64,000 nt of DNA from Tagaea sp. (lineage in GTDB: Bacteria > Pseudomonadota > Alphaproteobacteria > CACIAM-22H2). The position numbers and the translations under genes are program-made. The notes under the pieces were generated by a model. That model ran no database searches and was not told the DNA's origin. It saw only the letters and a list, made by a program, of their open reading frames with translations. This document shows, piece after piece, positions 32,984 to 43,282 of the stretch (positions within the stretch are counted from its first letter, which is position 1; the number at the start of each line of letters is the position of its first letter). Where the stretch lies: contig CBDIIB010000005.1 of NCBI GenBank assembly GCA_965279525.1, forward strand, positions 1,120,001 through 1,184,000, given 5' to 3'.

Positions 32984-33973
32984 CTAGGACGGTTGAGTGG
33001 TGTCTCGGCGCGGTATTTTTTCGAGACGGACATGATCCAGAATGTAGGCGACTTTCCATGGTTCCAGCCAAGCCTCTCGAACGATTGCCCGTACCGTAGC
33101 GGTGATGGCGACGACGACACCGAACACGCTGATCCGCGCTGTCGGCGTATGTGGAAGCAGATCGGCGAGATGCGAGGCCGTGAACAGCAGTCCAACGAAA
33201 GTCGCGATGATCGCAATCGAAGCCGCAGTCGAGACCGTGACATACGCTGTGATCGGGACATTCACGACCATTCGCATGTCGCCATAACGAGATGCCTGTG
33301 AGCTTGCGCATCGACTGGAGAATTCCAGCGTATTGAGTGCAATGCAGATCAGGCCAAATGCGAAGTGGCACAGCATCATTCCAGGCACAGGTGTCCCGGA
33401 GAATGGCGACATCAGGAAGAAAAGGCGGACTACGCCCTCGCTGCCATAGGCGAAATACCAGTCGGCAATAAGGAGGTATCCAACAGCAAGTGCAAGGTAG
33501 CCACAGATCCAAATAGCTGCCACGACACCGGTGCGCTCCGTCCTGCGCTCCGACTTTTCCAGCAATGATACCGGCGAGTTGCGCCACGTCGTTTCCGAAG
33601 TGGAGAAATGCAGGATTGAATTTTTTATCGCGTTGCCAAGTGCAAGGACGCCGCCGAGATAGATTGCCCAGCCGAGCGGGTCGGGCTGTCCCATCGGGTC
33701 GAGCAGGAGCGAGCTATTGTCCGGGCTCAAGAATCCGCCAACGAGTGCAGTCCAGAAAACGCTTACGCGCGCGACGTACTCAGCGGCGGAGCCGCGATGC
33801 ACAAGCGGATCACCCAGTATTCGGATTGCTCCGAATATCTCGCGATACCATGACAGCCAGGCCCACGGTCGATAGAGCCCCAGTGTCACAAGACTGAGCA
33901 GCGCGCCGCGGATGACCAGCCGGGTCAGGCCTTCCGGCGGTTCGAAGGTCGGGGCCGTCGATGTTTCGGTCAT
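32984..33973 (-). CDS. Divergent YjgN/DUF898-like membrane protein
   Basis: N-terminal LLSLVTLGLYRPWA and GDPLVHRGS motifs; SETTWR; AWLEP near the C-terminus as in the 29985 paralog. Confidence 0.65.
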   Translation of the reverse strand: MTETSTAPTFEPPEGLTRLVIRGALLSLVTLGLYRPWAWLSWYREIFGAIRILGDPLVHRGSAAEYVARVSVFWTALVGGFLSPDNSSLLLDPMGQPDPLGWAIYLGGVLALGNAIKNSILHFSTSETTWRNSPVSLLEKSERRTERTGVVAAIWICGYLALAVGYLLIADWYFAYGSEGVVRLFFLMSPFSGTPVPGMMLCHFAFGLICIALNTLEFSSRCASSQASRYGDMRMVVNVPITAYVTVSTAASIAIIATFVGLLFTASHLADLLPHTPTARISVFGVVVAITATVRAIVREAWLEPWKVAYILDHVRLEKIPRRDTTQPS

Positions 33974-34061
33974 GGTCGCTCGCCTGGCGGGAAACGAGAC
34001 ACGACCATAAGGTGCACAAATCAGGAAAACAATACATCCAATAGTAGTTGGTAATTACCTT

Positions 34062-34742
34062 TCACGCATCGCACTTCTTGAACCTTCCGATGTCGAGATG
34101 CAGGTGGTTGGCGTGGGCGGCGTCGGTCTTGGGCGTCAGCACGATGTTGAAGTGGCGGCACGCCCCTTGCGCCACGTCGCGCAGGAAAGCGCCGCGCGAG
34201 CCGCGGTCGGTCCAGTGCTGGCGCACGTTGACCATCGTCTTGCCCTCCAGCTCGAAGCCGCCGACATCGAGGGCGCGGCCGAACGCGTGTTCGGACAGGC
34301 GGCTGGCACGCCCGGTCTGCGGCTTGCACACGTAGCTGCCGTAATGGACGATCTGCACGACCGGCTTGCCGAAATGGCGCATCGCGGCGGGCTGCACGAT
34401 CTCGCGCTCGAACGCGAGGAGTGCGTGCGCCAGCGGGCAGGTCATCAAGGCGGGCCGGCTGAGCGGGATGGTGGCGCGCTCCAGCATCACCGCTTCGTCC
34501 ACGCGGCAGCCTTCGCGCGTCTGCACGGTGTTCCGGCGCTCGAACGCGGCACCGGTACGCTCGAGGGCGGCAAAGCAGTCCAGTGCGGGATCGGCCGCGG
34601 GCGGCGGTGGCGGTGGCGGCTCGACCGGCGGGGGCAGGCGCGGCGCGCACGCCGCCATCGACAGGGCAACGAGCCCGATCGCGGCGAGACGGTACGGCAG
34701 ATTCCGGAACAAACGGCTCAGGGGGCGACTCCAGCCCCGCAA
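34062..34742 (-). CDS. Extensin-like C-terminal domain lipoprotein
   Basis: GSYVC, SEHAFGRALDV, HANHLHLD; start uncertain. Confidence 0.85.
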   Translation of the reverse strand: MRGWSRPLSRLFRNLPYRLAAIGLVALSMAACAPRLPPPVEPPPPPPPAADPALDCFAALERTGAAFERRNTVQTREGCRVDEAVMLERATIPLSRPALMTCPLAHALLAFEREIVQPAAMRHFGKPVVQIVHYGSYVCKPQTGRASRLSEHAFGRALDVGGFELEGKTMVNVRQHWTDRGSRGAFLRDVAQGACRHFNIVLTPKTDAAHANHLHLDIGRFKKCDA

Positions 34743-35678
34743 CTATACGCGCGAAGTGCCTTTGCGTGAATCGCGCCCCGACTCGCGCGTGGCCTTGGCG
34801 AGGGCCGCGCCCAGCAGCTCGAACTCCGCCCGGCGCGACGTGCCCTTGCGCCAGACAAGGCCGAGGTCGCGCGCCGGATCGTCCTCGACCGCGACCGACA
34901 CGAGATCGGTACCCTTCAAAAGTCCCGCATCGATCGCCATCTGCGGCAGCAGCGTGACGCCGAGACCGTTGTCGACCATCTGCACGAGCGTGAAGAGCGA
35001 CGTGGCGGCGAACGGGTCGGGATCGCGGCTGGCGCGCAGGCCGCACGCGGCGAGCGCATGCTTCTTCATGCAGTGGCCGTCGGCGAGCAGCAGCAGCTTC
35101 TGTGCGCGGATCTCGCGCGTCGGGACGGTGCGCTTGCCGGCAAGTGCATGGTCGCGCCGCACGATCAGGCGGAACGGGTCGCGGCCCAGCGGATAGCTGT
35201 CGTTGGGGCCGCATTCGCACGGCAAGGCGAGCAGGGCCGCATCCAGCGTTCCATTCCCCAGCTTCTCGACCAGCCGCTCGGTCAGGTCCTCGACCAGATA
35301 GAGCTTCAGCTTCGGGTAGGCCTTGCGCAGCGCGGGCAACGCCTGCGGCATCCAGAACGGGCTGACGCTGGGGATGACGCCCAGACGCAGCTCGCCGGCC
35401 AGCGGCTCGCCGGCCCCCCGCGCTTCCAGCGCCAGCTCCTCGGCATCGGCCAGCACGCGGCGCGCGCGCACGAGGATGCGCTCGCCCAGCGGCGTGAGGT
35501 CCACGCGCCGGCGCGTCCGGTCGACGAGGGCGGCACCCAGCGTCGCCTCCAGCTCCTGCAGGCTTGCCGACAGCGTGGATTGCGTGACGTTCGCCTGGCG
35601 TGCGGCACGCCCGAAATTGAGCGTGTCGGCAAGGCAGGCGAAATGGCGGAGCTGGCGCAGCGTGGGCAGGTGGATCAT
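34743..35678 (-). CDS. oxyR: Hydrogen peroxide sensor OxyR
   Basis: PTLRQL, VTQSTLS, DGHCMKKHALAAC with both redox cysteines, ATSLFTLVQMV; divergent from ahpC. Confidence 0.92.
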   Translation of the reverse strand: MIHLPTLRQLRHFACLADTLNFGRAARQANVTQSTLSASLQELEATLGAALVDRTRRRVDLTPLGERILVRARRVLADAEELALEARGAGEPLAGELRLGVIPSVSPFWMPQALPALRKAYPKLKLYLVEDLTERLVEKLGNGTLDAALLALPCECGPNDSYPLGRDPFRLIVRRDHALAGKRTVPTREIRAQKLLLLADGHCMKKHALAACGLRASRDPDPFAATSLFTLVQMVDNGLGVTLLPQMAIDAGLLKGTDLVSVAVEDDPARDLGLVWRKGTSRRAEFELLGAALAKATRESGRDSRKGTSRV

Positions 35679-35723
35679 CGTTTTCCTCGATAATTGAGGA
35701 CAGTTTAATGCGTTGGACCGATC
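35677..35723. promoter_or_regulatory. Candidate OxyR operator
   Basis: ATCG-N7-CGAT and ATGC-N7-CGAT LysR-type boxes between oxyR and ahpC. Confidence 0.5.
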
Positions 35724-35800
35724 AGACGCAAGCTGCGAGTTTCCGCCTCGCCGGGCACCCAGAATCAACAGGCCGCCCGAAACCCTACGGAGATCATCCC

Positions 35801-36340
35801 ATGCTGACCATCGGCGACAAGTTCCCCGAATTCGACCTCAAGGCCGTCGTCTCGACGGACCCGAAGACCGCCTTCACCCAGGTCAATTCCCAGTCCGACA
35901 AGGGCAAGTGGAAGATCGTGTTCTTCTGGCCCAAGGACTTCACGTTCGTCTGCCCGACCGAGATCGCCGCCTTCGGCAAGCTCAACAAGGACTTCAACGA
36001 GCGCGACGCGGTCGTCTACGGCGTGTCGATCGACAGCGAGTTCGTCCATCTCGCCTGGCGCCAGAACCATGCCGACCTCAAGACCCTGCCCTTCGCGATG
36101 CTGGCCGACGTCAAGCGCGAGCTGTCGACGGCGCTGGGCGTGCTCGACAAGAACGAGGGTGTCGCGATGCGCGCCACGTTCGTCGTCGATCCGGAAGGCA
36201 TCATCCGCTTCGTGTCGGTCAACGACCTCAACGTGGGCCGCAACCCGGCCGAGGTGATGCGCGTGCTCGACGCGCTGCAGACCGACGAGCTGTGCCCGTG
36301 CAACTGGCAGAAGGGCGAAGACGTCCTGAAGGCCGCCTGA
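35801..36340 (+). CDS. ahpC: Peroxiredoxin AhpC
   Basis: [14 protein letters not shown] and DELCPCNW. Confidence 0.96.
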   Translation: MLTIGDKFPEFDLKAVVSTDPKTAFTQVNSQSDKGKWKIVFFWPKDFTFVCPTEIAAFGKLNKDFNERDAVVYGVSIDSEFVHLAWRQNHADLKTLPFAMLADVKRELSTALGVLDKNEGVAMRATFVVDPEGIIRFVSVNDLNVGRNPAEVMRVLDALQTDELCPCNWQKGEDVLKAA

Positions 36341-36363
36341 ACTATCCGCACCGGAGAACGACA

Positions 36364-36912
36364 ATGACGATCGAGAACCTGAAGTCGGCCCTGCCCGACT
36401 ATGCCAAGGACCTGAAGCTCAACCTCTCGTCGCTCGCGGCCGAGACGGCCGTGTCGCCGGAGCTTCGCGCCCTGTTGTTCGTCACCGCGGGGCTGGCCGT
36501 GCGCCAGCCCCAGGTGCGCGATGCGCTGCTCGCCGAGTTCGGCCCGTCGCTGACGGCCGAACAGCTCGGCGCGGCGAAGATCGCGGTGTCGCTGATGGGC
36601 ATGAACAACATCTACTACCGCTTCACGCATCTGGTGTCGGCGCCGGACTATGCGACGATGCCGGCCAAGCTGCGCATGACCGCGATGGCCAAGCCCGGCA
36701 TCGCGCATGCGGAGTTCGAGCTGCTCAGCCTTGCCGTGTCGGCCATCAACGGCTGCGGCATGTGCATGGACAGCCACGAGAAGGCCGTGCGCCTGGGCGG
36801 CATCGAACCCGCCGCGATCCAGGCCGCCGTGCGCATCGCCGCCGTCGTGCATGCGGTCGCGGTGACGCTGGATGCGGAAGAAGGAGTGCCGGCGCTGGCA
36901 GTCGCTGCTTGA
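36364..36912 (+). CDS. ahpD: Alkyl hydroperoxide reductase AhpD
   Basis: [33 protein letters not shown]. Confidence 0.95.
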   Translation: MTIENLKSALPDYAKDLKLNLSSLAAETAVSPELRALLFVTAGLAVRQPQVRDALLAEFGPSLTAEQLGAAKIAVSLMGMNNIYYRFTHLVSAPDYATMPAKLRMTAMAKPGIAHAEFELLSLAVSAINGCGMCMDSHEKAVRLGGIEPAAIQAAVRIAAVVHAVAVTLDAEEGVPALAVAA

Positions 36913-36918
36913 AGAACG

Positions 36919-36948
36919 GGCGGCGGCCGTCAGGCCGCCGCCTTCTTC
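36919..36948. terminator. Hairpin between convergent ahpD and the HD-GYP gene
   Basis: GGCGGCGGCC-GTCA-GGCCGCCGCC followed by TTCTTC; GAAGAA upstream suggests bidirectional use. Confidence 0.7.
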
Positions 36949-38491
36949 AAGGCGTGTCCGGATAGATCTCGCGGATCGCGGCGAAGCGGTCGAGATTGTC
37001 GACGAACAGCCGTACCAGCCGCGGATCGAAATGCCGGCCCGCTTCCTTGGCGATATGCTCGGCCGCCTGTGCGGCCGGCCACGCCGCCTTGTAGCAGCGC
37101 GCCGACGAGAGCGCGTCGAACACGTCGATGAGCGCCACGATGCGCCCGAAAATGTGGATGTCCTCGCCGGCAAGGCCGGCCGGGTAGCCGCTGCCGTCCC
37201 ATTTCTCGTGGTGCTGGAGGGCGATCGTGGCGCCCGCGCGGAAGAACGGCCCGTCGGATTTGGACAGCATGTCCGCCCCGGCGGCGGCGTGGGTCTTCAT
37301 CGTCTCCCACTCGGCGGGGTCGAGCTTGCCGGGCTTGGTGAGGATCGCGTCCGGAATCGTGATCTTGCCGATGTCGTGCAGCGGTGCCGCCACTTCGAGG
37401 GTCGCCTGGTCGGCCGGCGAAAGGCCCGCCAGTTCCGCCAGCAGCCGGGAGCCGTGCGCCACGCGGCGCACGTGGTTGCCGGTCTCGCGCGAGCGCGCCT
37501 CGATCGCCTCGGAAAGGACCAGGACGAGCTGGCGCTGGGTTTCGGCGATCGATTCGTTGAGCCGGATGTTGGAAAAGGCGAGGCCCATCTGGCGCGCGAA
37601 CACCTCGACCAGCCGCCTGTCGACGGCGTCGACCGGCCCGTCGACTTCCAGATGCAATATCGTGTTCTCGGTCCCGCACATGGCGCCGACGGCAAGCCAG
37701 CCGTCGCCGACGATCGCCCCGGCCGCCCCGTCGGCCAGCCGCAGCCCGTCGACGATGCGCGCGGGCAGCGTTTCGCGCGCGGACTTGCCGACCGAATGGC
37801 GGTAGTCGCCGATGCCGGCGAGCACCTCGTAATCGGCCGAGCGCCGGACCAGCGCCATCGCGCGGCCCTTCACGTAGACGGCGCTGTTCTCCGAGCGGAT
37901 CATCGCCATCAGCTGCTCGAGCGCGCCGGACGCGAAGGAACCGAGCGAGCGCGCGTCGAACAGGTCGGGCGTGGCCATCAGGATATGTTCGAGGCCGCGC
38001 CGGCCGCGCTCGAGCGCCACGATGTCGCGATAGGCGCGCAAGGACGCCAGCACGGTCGTGAACAGGCGCTGGGCGGACAGCTCGGTCTTGGACTTGTAGT
38101 CGTTGATGTCGTAGCCGGCGATCACCGCGCGCTCGGGCGCACTGCCGGGCTGGCCGGTGCGCAGGCAGATCCGCACGACCGAGTTCTTCATCTCCTCGCG
38201 CACGAAGCGCACGAGATCGAGCCCGGCATGCTCGGTTTCCATGACGACGTCGAGCAGGATCAGCGCGATCCGGTGCCGCCGCTCCGAGCGCAGGAATTCG
38301 CGGGCCTCGGCGGCGGAATGGACGGACAGCAGCTCGATCGGCATGCCGTCGAACTCGAAGCCGCGCAGCGCCAGCTCGGTGACGGCATGCACTTCGGGAT
38401 CGTCGTCGACGACGAGCACGCGCCACGTCCGGCCCGACGCATTGCGCGACGGCCCGGGATCGAGCGCTTCCGGTGCGAACAGCTCGTCCAA
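36947..38491 (-). CDS. Response regulator REC-DUF3369-HD-GYP (c-di-GMP phosphodiesterase)
   Basis: VLVVDDD, LLDVVME, RTGQPG, ETGNHVRRV, LHDIGK, HHEKWDGSGYP; TTG start with a GAAGGAGA RBS. Confidence 0.93.
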   Translation of the reverse strand: MDELFAPEALDPGPSRNASGRTWRVLVVDDDPEVHAVTELALRGFEFDGMPIELLSVHSAAEAREFLRSERRHRIALILLDVVMETEHAGLDLVRFVREEMKNSVVRICLRTGQPGSAPERAVIAGYDINDYKSKTELSAQRLFTTVLASLRAYRDIVALERGRRGLEHILMATPDLFDARSLGSFASGALEQLMAMIRSENSAVYVKGRAMALVRRSADYEVLAGIGDYRHSVGKSARETLPARIVDGLRLADGAAGAIVGDGWLAVGAMCGTENTILHLEVDGPVDAVDRRLVEVFARQMGLAFSNIRLNESIAETQRQLVLVLSEAIEARSRETGNHVRRVAHGSRLLAELAGLSPADQATLEVAAPLHDIGKITIPDAILTKPGKLDPAEWETMKTHAAAGADMLSKSDGPFFRAGATIALQHHEKWDGSGYPAGLAGEDIHIFGRIVALIDVFDALSSARCYKAAWPAAQAAEHIAKEAGRHFDPRLVRLFVDNLDRFAAIREIYPDTP

Positions 38492-38601
38492 CCTGCAATC
38501 TCCTTCCGGGCTGGCGGTGCTCGCCAAAATGGCGGGGGGTGCGCCGCGGTTCCGGACCGGTGTTGAACTACGAAAGTAGGTCGTCGCGGATGAAGATCGT
38601 G

Positions 38602-40212
38602 TTAACGGCCGGCCGGTCCGGCGGCCGCCGTCTCGCCCGCCGGCACCGGCGCCGATCGCGGCAGAAGGATTTCGATTTCAAGGCCTTGGCCGGGCGCGCT
38701 GCGCATCGACATTGTCCCGCCCAGACGGTGGGTGACGAGATTATGGACGATCGTCAGGCCAAGACCGGTGCCGCCGGTCCCGCGCCGGGTCGTGAAGAAC
38801 GGTTCGAGGACCCGCCCGAGCGTGCGCGCGTCGATGCCGCAGCCGTCGTCGCGATAGACGATGCGCGCGTCCGCGCCGCGCCAGTCCACCTCGAACGCGA
38901 TTGCGCCCGGCGTGTCGCGCCCGTCGAAGGCATGCATCAGCGCGTTGGTGACGAGGTTGGTCGCGATCTGCGCCAGCGCACCGGGATAGGAGTCGATGGC
39001 GACGTCGCCCAGCCCTTGCACCTCGACGCGGTGCGCGGTGCGCTTGATCGCCGGCTGGAGACTTCCCACGACGTCGGCCAGATAGTCCTTCACCGCGAAC
39101 CGGCGGCGCTGGTCGCCGGTCTGGTCGGCCGACACCTGCTTGAAGGTCTGGATGAGCTCGGCCGCACGGCGCAGGTTGCGCCCGACGAGGTCGAGGGTCT
39201 GGACGCCGCGCGCGAGGAATTCGTCGAAACGCGACCGGGCGAGCTGGTTGGCCTCGAAGACGCGGCGCATCTCGGCGAACTGCTCCTGGTGGAGCGACAC
39301 GCCCGTCATCGCCACGCCCAGCGGGGTGTTGACCTCGTGCGCCACGCCGGCGACGAGCGAGCCGAGCGAGGCCATCCGTTCGCCGCGCGCAAGCGCCTCG
39401 CGCGTCTCGGCAAGCTCGCGCCTGGCGATCAGGCTTTCCTTGAAGACGTCGAGCGTGCGCGCGATATGGCCGATCTCGTCGTTGCGGTCGGTGCCCTCGG
39501 GCACGACATCCGTGTCGCCGGCGGCCAGCCGCCCGATCGTCGCGTCGAGCCGTTCGAGCGGTGTCGCGATGTGGCGCTTCGCCAGCAGCAGGGCCGCGAA
39601 GAGCCCGACGCACAGCAGGCCGAACGAACCGCCGACGATGAGCGGCAGCCGCGTGCGGTAAAATTCGGAAAGCGCCATTTCGAGGCGCGCGATCTCGGCA
39701 AGGTCGATCGCCGCGACCTGCTGGATGAAGCTGTTGAGCCGGCGCCGGTTCACGCGGTTGGCCTCGTTGTCGCCCAGCTCGCGGCCTGCGGCGGCACCCA
39801 CCTCGGTGCCGAGGCGCGCCAGCTCGGTGCGGAATTCGTGGAACCGCCGCGTTTCCGCGCGGACCTCGGCGAAGGTCTCGCGCTGTTCGGGCGTGATCGA
39901 CAGCGACCAGCGCTCGATCTCCGCGTCCAGCAGCCCGAGCGTGTGGACGATGGCGGCGGAATAGGCTTTCGACTCGTCCGGCGTCAGCGACATGTAGACG
40001 CCGCGCGATTCCATCACCACGGCGTTGATCAGGCCGTTCACCCGCTCGGCAGCGGTGGCGCGGCGCGAGGCGCTGACCAGCGCCTGGTTGAAGCCGTTGT
40101 AGGTGCGCATCGTGTCGACCGTGACGAACGCGATCGCGACGACGACCAGCGCCATGAAGCCGGCGAGCGCCAGGATCTTCGTGGCGATCCTGAAATTCCT
40201 GAAGTCGACCAT
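38602..40212 (-). CDS. HAMP sensor histidine kinase
   Basis: Two TM segments, HAMP (RNDEIG), AGVAHEVNTPLG H-box, NLVTNA, DDGCGI, PFFTT, GTGLGL. Confidence 0.93.
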   Translation of the reverse strand: MVDFRNFRIATKILALAGFMALVVVAIAFVTVDTMRTYNGFNQALVSASRRATAAERVNGLINAVVMESRGVYMSLTPDESKAYSAAIVHTLGLLDAEIERWSLSITPEQRETFAEVRAETRRFHEFRTELARLGTEVGAAAGRELGDNEANRVNRRRLNSFIQQVAAIDLAEIARLEMALSEFYRTRLPLIVGGSFGLLCVGLFAALLLAKRHIATPLERLDATIGRLAAGDTDVVPEGTDRNDEIGHIARTLDVFKESLIARRELAETREALARGERMASLGSLVAGVAHEVNTPLGVAMTGVSLHQEQFAEMRRVFEANQLARSRFDEFLARGVQTLDLVGRNLRRAAELIQTFKQVSADQTGDQRRRFAVKDYLADVVGSLQPAIKRTAHRVEVQGLGDVAIDSYPGALAQIATNLVTNALMHAFDGRDTPGAIAFEVDWRGADARIVYRDDGCGIDARTLGRVLEPFFTTRRGTGGTGLGLTIVHNLVTHRLGGTMSMRSAPGQGLEIEILLPRSAPVPAGETAAAGPAGR

Positions 40213-40276
40213 CCTGGTCCCCCTCGCCCGCCGGTCGCGGCTTGCCGCCCACCGTCGCGCCGTTCGTCTCGGGGCG

Positions 40277-42097
<1,821 letters not shown>

Positions 42098-42331
42098 TTC
42101 CGGGGTCCTGCGCGATGTGGAAGAAACCGGATTCTCGCTCAATTCGTTAAAGAAAGCGTTAGCCGTGATGCTTGCTGACGCGCCGGGGTACCGCGATCTG
42201 CACGTTCGATGCGATGCCGCACGCCGGCAACCGCCTGCCGGCGCCCGATCCGGGATCCTGCGCGGTTTGTTGTCACGTCACATCTGAAATTGTAGAAACG
42301 ATCCTCTGCAATTTCTGGACGGCAAATTTGT

Positions 42332-43182
42332 ATGGTCGCGCGCGTCGGCACGGTTGCGTTCCACGGGGTCGAGACGGTTGCCGTCGACGTGCAGGTGCAG
42401 GTCGCGTCGGGGGCCCCTGCCTTCGCCGTGGTGGGGCTGCCGGACAGTGCGGTCAAGGAAAGCAAGGAGCGCGTGCGTGCCGCCCTTGCGGCGATCGGGC
42501 TCGCGTTGCCGGGCAAGCGCATCACCGTCAACCTCGCCCCCGCCGACCTTGCCAAGGAGGGTGCGCACTTTGATCTTCCCATCGCCCTTGGCCTGCTCGT
42601 CGCGATGGGCGCGGTCGCGGCCGAGCAGGTCGCTCGCTACGTCGTGCTCGGCGAACTGACGCTTGACGCGCGCATCCTGCCCGTACCCGGCGTGCTGCTC
42701 GCGGCGATGGCGGCACACGGCCGCGATCTGGGGCTCGTGTGCCCGGAAGCCTGCGGCGGCGAAGCCGCGTGGGCGGCCGACGCGCGCGACTTCGAGATCG
42801 TCGCCCCGCCCACGCTGCTGTCGCTGCTCAACCATCTGCGTGGTGCCCAACTTCTGGCCCGCCCGCAGCCGCGCCATGGGGTCGCGCGCGTGCCCGGCCC
42901 CGATCTTCGCGACGTCAAGGGACAGGAGACCGCCAAGCGGGCCCTCGAAGTGGCGGCCGCCGGCGGCCACAACCTCTTGATGGTCGGCCCGCCGGGGGCC
43001 GGCAAGTCGATGCTGGCGCGCTGCCTGCCGGGCCTGCTGCCGCCGCTGACGGCGGCCGAAGCGCTGGAGATCTCGACCGTGCAGTCGCTTGCGGGCCTGC
43101 TCGGCGACGGGCGCATCGCGAGCAGCCGCCCGTTCCGCGACCCGCACCACACCGCCAGCCACGTGGCGCTGATCGGCGGCGG
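42332..43182 (+). pseudogene. comM: ComM/YifB Mg-chelatase-like ATPase, 5' fragment interrupted by an insertion
   Basis: VVGLPD.AVKES.ERV, NLAPADLAKEG..FDLPIA, GPPGAGKS, RPFRDPHHTAS..ALIGGG, then abrupt AT-rich sequence; Walker B half missing. Confidence 0.93.
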
Positions 43183-43251
43183 TGGAAACGGACAAAGATA
43201 TTGCCCGAAATCCTATATTGATGCCCGAAATAATTAATAACATATCGAAAT
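43183..43251 (+). repeat. Transposon end with 20-bp-period repeats (candidate TnsB sites)
   Basis: TGGAAACGGACAAAGATATTG, then CGAAAT at 43206, 43226 and 43246 (TGCCCGAAAT twice). Confidence 0.65.
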
Positions 43252-43282
43252 ATAATGGCTAAATAATCGATCTATTAGACAT

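Noticed and set aside
34743-36912. oxyR-ahpC-ahpD as a novel arrangement
   Set aside because: Well-known organisation in actinobacteria and several alphaproteobacteria
42147-42162. Possible CtrA site TTAA-N8-TTAG upstream of the Cache kinase
   Set aside because: Spacing is 8 rather than 7 and the second half-site is imperfect
43183-43237. C-terminal tail NGQRYCPKSYIDARNN of the comM ORF as a functional fusion
   Set aside because: It is read-through into the transposon end up to the first stop; the Walker B half of ComM is lost
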